Source: Tubiluchus corallicola
Lineage: Eukaryota > Animalia > Priapulida
Direction of reading: 5' to 3'
DNA: 64,000 nucleotides
Assembly (NCBI GenBank): GCA_030141605.1
Contig: JAQGDQ010000291.1
Coordinates: 229,071 to 293,070, forward strand
A program made the position numbers and the translations under genes. This document shows positions 59,890 to 64,000 of this stretch, piece after piece; position 1 is the first letter of the stretch; each line of letters starts with the position of its first letter. A model generated the notes under the pieces. That model did not search any database and was not told the origin of the DNA. It saw only the letters and a list, made by a program, of their open reading frames with translations.

Positions 59890-62712
59890 TGAGAAACTAG
59901 AAATTTAAGTTTGGACATTTTGCCTAGTGAACGAGAAACTAGAAATTTAAGCTTGGACATTTTGCCTAGTGAACAAGAAACTAGAAATTTAAGCTTGGAC
60001 ATTTTGCCTAGTGAACGAGAAACTAGAAATTTAAGCTTGGACATTTTGCCTAGTGAACGAGAAACTAGAAATTTAAGCTTGGACATTTTGCCTAGTGAAC
60101 GAGAAACTAGAAATTTAAGCTTGGACATTTTGCCTAGTGAACGAGAAACTAGAAATTTAAGCTTGGACATTTTGCCTAGTGAACGAGAAACTAGAAATTT
60201 AAGCTTGGACATCTTGCCTAGTCAACGAGAAACTAGAAATTTAAGCTTGGACGTTTTGCCTAGTCAACGAGAAACTAGAAAGTTAAGCTTGGACATTTTG
60301 CCTAGTCAACGAGAAACTAGAAAGTTAAGCTTGGACGTTTTGCCTAGTGAACGACAAACTAGAAATTTAAGTTTGGACATCTTGCCTAGTCAACGACAAA
60401 CTAGAAATTTAAGCTTGGACGTTTTGCCTAGTGAACGACAAACTAGAAATTTAAGCTTGAACATTTTGCCTAGTGAACGACAAACTAGAAATTTAAGTTT
60501 GGACGTTTTGCCTAGTGAACGACAAACTAGAAATTTAAGCTTGGACGTCTTGCCTAGTGAACGACAAACTAGAAATTTAAGCTTGAACATTTTGCCTAGT
60601 GAACGAGAAACTAGAAATTTAAGCTTGGACATTTTGCTCAGTGAACGAGAAACTAGAAATTTAAGTTCGGACATTTTGCTCAGTGAACGGGAAACTAGAA
60701 ATTTGAGCTTGGACATTTTGCCCAGTGAACGAGAAACTAGAAATTTAAGTTCGGACATTTTGCCTAGTGAACAAGAAACTAGAAATTTAAGCTTGGACAT
60801 TTTGCCTAGTGAACGAGAAACTAGAAATTTAAGCTTGGACATTTTGCCTAGTGAACGAGAAACTAGAAATTTAAGCTTGGACATTTTGCCTAGTGAACGA
60901 GAAACTAGAAATTTAAGCTTGGACATCTTGCCTAGTCAACGAGAAACTAGAAATTTAAGCTTGGACGTTTTGCCTAGTCAACGAGAAACTAGAAAGTTAA
61001 GCTTGGACATTTTGCCTAGTGAACGAGAAACTAGAAATTTAAGCTTGGACGTTTTGCCTAGTGAACGAGAAACTAGAAATTTAAGCTTGGACGTTTTGCC
61101 TAGTGAACGACAAACAAACTAGAAATTTAAACTTGGACATCTTGCCTAGTCAACGACAAACTGGAAATTTAAGCTTGGACGTTTTGCCTAGTGAACGACA
61201 AACTAGAAATTTAAGCTTGAACATTTTGCCTAGTGAACGAGAAACTAGAAATTTAAGCTTGGACATTTTGCTCAGTGAACGAGAAACTAGAAATTTAAGC
61301 TTGGACGTTTTGCCTAGTGAACGACAAACTAGAAATTTAAGCTTGGACGTTTTGCCTAGTGAACGACAAACTAGAAATTTAAGCTTGAACATTTTGCCTA
61401 GTGAACGACAAACTAGAAATTTAAGCTTGGACATTTTGCCTAGTGAACGACAAACTAGAAATTTAAGCTTGGACATTTTGCCTAGTAAACGAGAAACTAG
61501 AAATTTAAGCTTGGACATTTTGCCCAGTGAACGAGAAACTAGAAATTTAAGTTCGGACATTTTGCCTAGTGAACGAGAAACTAGAAATTTAAGCTTGGAC
61601 ATTTTGCCTAGTGAACGAGAAACTAGAAATTTAAGCTTGGACATTTTGCCTAGTAAACGAGAAACTAGAAATTTAAGCTTGGACATTTTGCCCAGTGAAC
61701 GAGAAACTAGAAATTTAAGTTCGGACATTTTGCCTAGTGAACGAGAAACTAGAAATTTAAGCTTGGACATTTTGCCTAGTAAACGAGAAACTAGAAATTT
61801 AAGCTTGGACATTTTGCCTAGTAAACGAGAAACTAGAAATTTAAGCTTGGACATTTTGCCTAGTGAACGAGAAACTAGAAATTTAAGTTCGGACATTTTG
61901 CCTAGTGAACGAGAAACTAGAAATTTAAGCTTGGACATTTTGCCTACTAAACGAGAAACTAGAAATTTAAGCTTGGACATTTTGCCTAGTAAACGAGAAA
62001 CTAGAAATTTAAGCTTGGACATTTTGCCCAGTGAACGAGAAACTAGAAATTTAAGCTTGGACATTTTGCCTAGTGAACGAGAAACTAGAAATTTAAGCTT
62101 GGACATTTTGCCTAGTGAACGACAAACTAGAAATTTAAGCTTGGACATTTTGCCTAGTAAACGAGAAACTAGAAATTTAAGCTTGGACATTTTGCCCAGT
62201 GAACGAGAAACTAGAACTTTAAGTTCGGACATTTTGCCTAGTGAACGAGAAACTAGAAATTTAAGCTTGGACATTTTGCCTACTAAACGAGAAACTAGAA
62301 ATTTAAGCTTGGACATTTTGCCTAGTAAACGAGAAACTAGAAATTTAAGCTTGGACATTTTGCCCAGTGAACGAGAAACTAGAACTTTAAGTTCGGACAT
62401 TTTGCCTAGTGAACGAGAAACTAGAAATTTAAGCTTGGACATTTTGCCTACTAAACGAGAAACTAGAAATTTAAGCTTGGACATTTTGCCTAGTAAACGA
62501 GAAACTAGAAATTTAAGCTTGGACATTTTGCCCAGTGAACGAGAAACTAGAACTTTAAGTTCGGACGTTTTGCCTAGTGAACGACAAACTAGAAATTTAA
62601 GCTTGGACATTTTGCCTAGTGAACGACAAACTAGAAATTTAAGCTTGGACATTTTGCCCAGTGAACGAGAAACTAGAAATTTAAGCTTGGACATTTTGCC
62701 TAGTGAACGAGA
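59890..62712. repeat. 42-bp satellite, about 67 copies
   Basis: Unit GAAACTAGAAATTTAAGCTTGGACATTTTGCCTAGTGAACGA, with a HindIII site in most units. Confidence 0.97.
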
Positions 62713-62744
62713 CAATTTAGAAGCACCTGGTTGAATGTACTCAC

Positions 62745-62777
62745 TCCATGAAGGATTTTGTTCAATCTGGTTGAATC
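62745..62777 (-). CDS. Probable 33-nt micro-exon of the mucin-like gene (FNQIEQNPSW if phase 1-1)
   Basis: Acceptor ttttctttcttag and donor gtgagt; phase compatible with the 59349 micro-exon. Confidence 0.4.
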
Positions 62778-63165
62778 CTAAGAAAGAAAATGATCTAACT
62801 TGATCTACATTAGTAATTGCTCTGGTTTTAAACCATCTATAATTACATCTAGTTCAGCCATATTACTGCTATGTTGGGTGTAAAATATCATGATTTTAGC
62901 CTTTTTGACATTTAAGGAATGTAACATTTCCTAAAAGCACAATTAGCGCCATTAATTAACTTGCATAACTGGTGAGCCTTGCTCATCTGCCTGTTTGGAT
63001 GTTTGCTAAATAGTTATAGAAATAGAGGTACAGAGTGATTTTAGCTCGGAAAGTAAGAATTTTCAACATGTATTGTAAAAAATGTTTGCATATAGCAAAG
63101 CTTCATCCACCCTTTAAATTTTAGCATCGAACTGTGGCAATAGAAGCAAGAGTTCATCACCACTA

Positions 63166-63503
63166 CAACAAGAGCGACTCCGCCTCCACCCACAAAGGCA
63201 ACCAGGCCACCAACAAGAGCAACTAGACCTCCACCCACAAGGGCAACCAGGCCACCAACAAGGGCGACTAGGCCTCCACCACAAGGGCAACCACTGCCCA
63301 CTTTGGCAACCAGGTTACCACCACTCCCAACAATAACAGCGCGCCCAGAACCAGTCATTGCAGGAGAATTTATGGAACAGATCACAGAAATACAAGTACC
63401 CGAAGAAAAGACAAGAAACGATGTCGTCTATTTTGAGCCTAATGGCTTTGGCTATCTAGGTAAACAGCAGCCTAGCAACAAACACCAAGGTTACAATAGC
63501 TAA
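63166..63503 (+). pseudogene. Inverted partial duplicate of the 3' end of the mucin-like CDS (paralog fragment, pseudogene or allelic copy)
   Basis: Reverse complement of 57083-57429 with a few substitutions and small deletions; ends in the same ...GKQQPSNKHQGYNS stop; no clear upstream start in the window. Confidence 0.6.
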
Positions 63504-63579
63504 ACGACATGTATTCCTAGATGATAGCTTAAGTAAAACAGCTGGGTAAATTAACCAGTACTCGTAGAAATGAGTGAAA

Positions 63580-64000
63580 TTAAAGGAAAGGACACGTCAT
63601 TTAGCATGTTGTGTTTATTTTACTACCATCACTTAAATTTAGAAAACATAAAGAAATTTGCAAAAACTGTCAAACGCTTGAAGTTAATTTATACAGCCCA
63701 CTGCATAGAAATTTTCAGGCGTAACCGCCATTCACTTGAAAATCATGACGTAACTGGTGGACCTCGTGACTTTTCGTTAGCGCATTGTAGCTTTCCGTAA
63801 GCACCCACGCTTCATGAGCTAATTCATATTTCTGCACTTTACCTAGTGTTCATACAAAAATATCACAAAATTAGCTGTCTAATTTTTTGCAAAAGCTTCT
63901 TATTTGCTTTTCAGTCGACAAATGACATCATTGGTGGAAACTTTGACGTTTAAAATAAGAGCGTTCAAGCGTGAAATAATCGCGATTTTAAAACTTCTTG
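63580..64000 (+). mobile_element. Kolobok-like MITE family A, copy 5 (part of the inverted duplication)
   Basis: TTAA-AGGAAAGGACACGTC start; mirror image of copy 4. Confidence 0.82.

Larger units (their letters stand above)
63166..64000. repeat. Inverted segmental duplication of 56583-57429, running off the window end
   Basis: Direct comparison with the reverse complement: CDS tail, 3' flank and MITE are all shared. Confidence 0.92.

Noticed and set aside
59868-62734. 403-, 543- and 521-aa repeat ORFs (ETRNLSLDILPSER)
   Set aside because: 42-bp satellite open on both strands, with a 4-bp frameshift in mid-array; the resemblance to leucine-rich repeats is superficial.

Overview
AT-rich, intron-containing animal genomic DNA, not prokaryotic. 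The 5S-derived sequence hints at a lophotrochozoan invertebrate, but this is only an inference. I rebuilt four spliced genes by hand from GT-AG sites and reading-frame phase. (1) An ATOSA/FAM214A (Atos homolog) gene on +, 12 coding exons, 11002-29459, about 1182 aa. (2) HDHD2 on -, 6 exons, 38421-32963, 262 aa, convergent with ATOSA. (3) A secreted tectonin-repeat lectin on +, 10 coding exons, 44958-54987, about 562 aa, with 12 blades forming two six-bladed propellers. (4) A Thr/Arg/Pro-rich mucin-like repeat protein on -, with a main exon at 58744-57083 and probable micro-exons; an inverted, frame-preserving partial duplicate of it lies at 63166-64000. Introns and intergenic DNA hold many unrelated minisatellites (units of 28-74 bp), compound microsatellites and short transposon derivatives. 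These include two TTAA-flanked Kolobok-like MITE families, Tc1/pogo- and hAT-like MITEs, a solo LTR nested in a MITE, a tRNA-derived SINE and a 5S-rRNA-headed SINE3-like element. Most long ORFs in the supplied track are artefacts of stop-free tandem repeats. The best candidates for something undescribed are the double-propeller lectin facing a cationic mucin-like protein, the 5S/RTE-like SINE, and a satellite born from a MITE end. None is proven without database searches.
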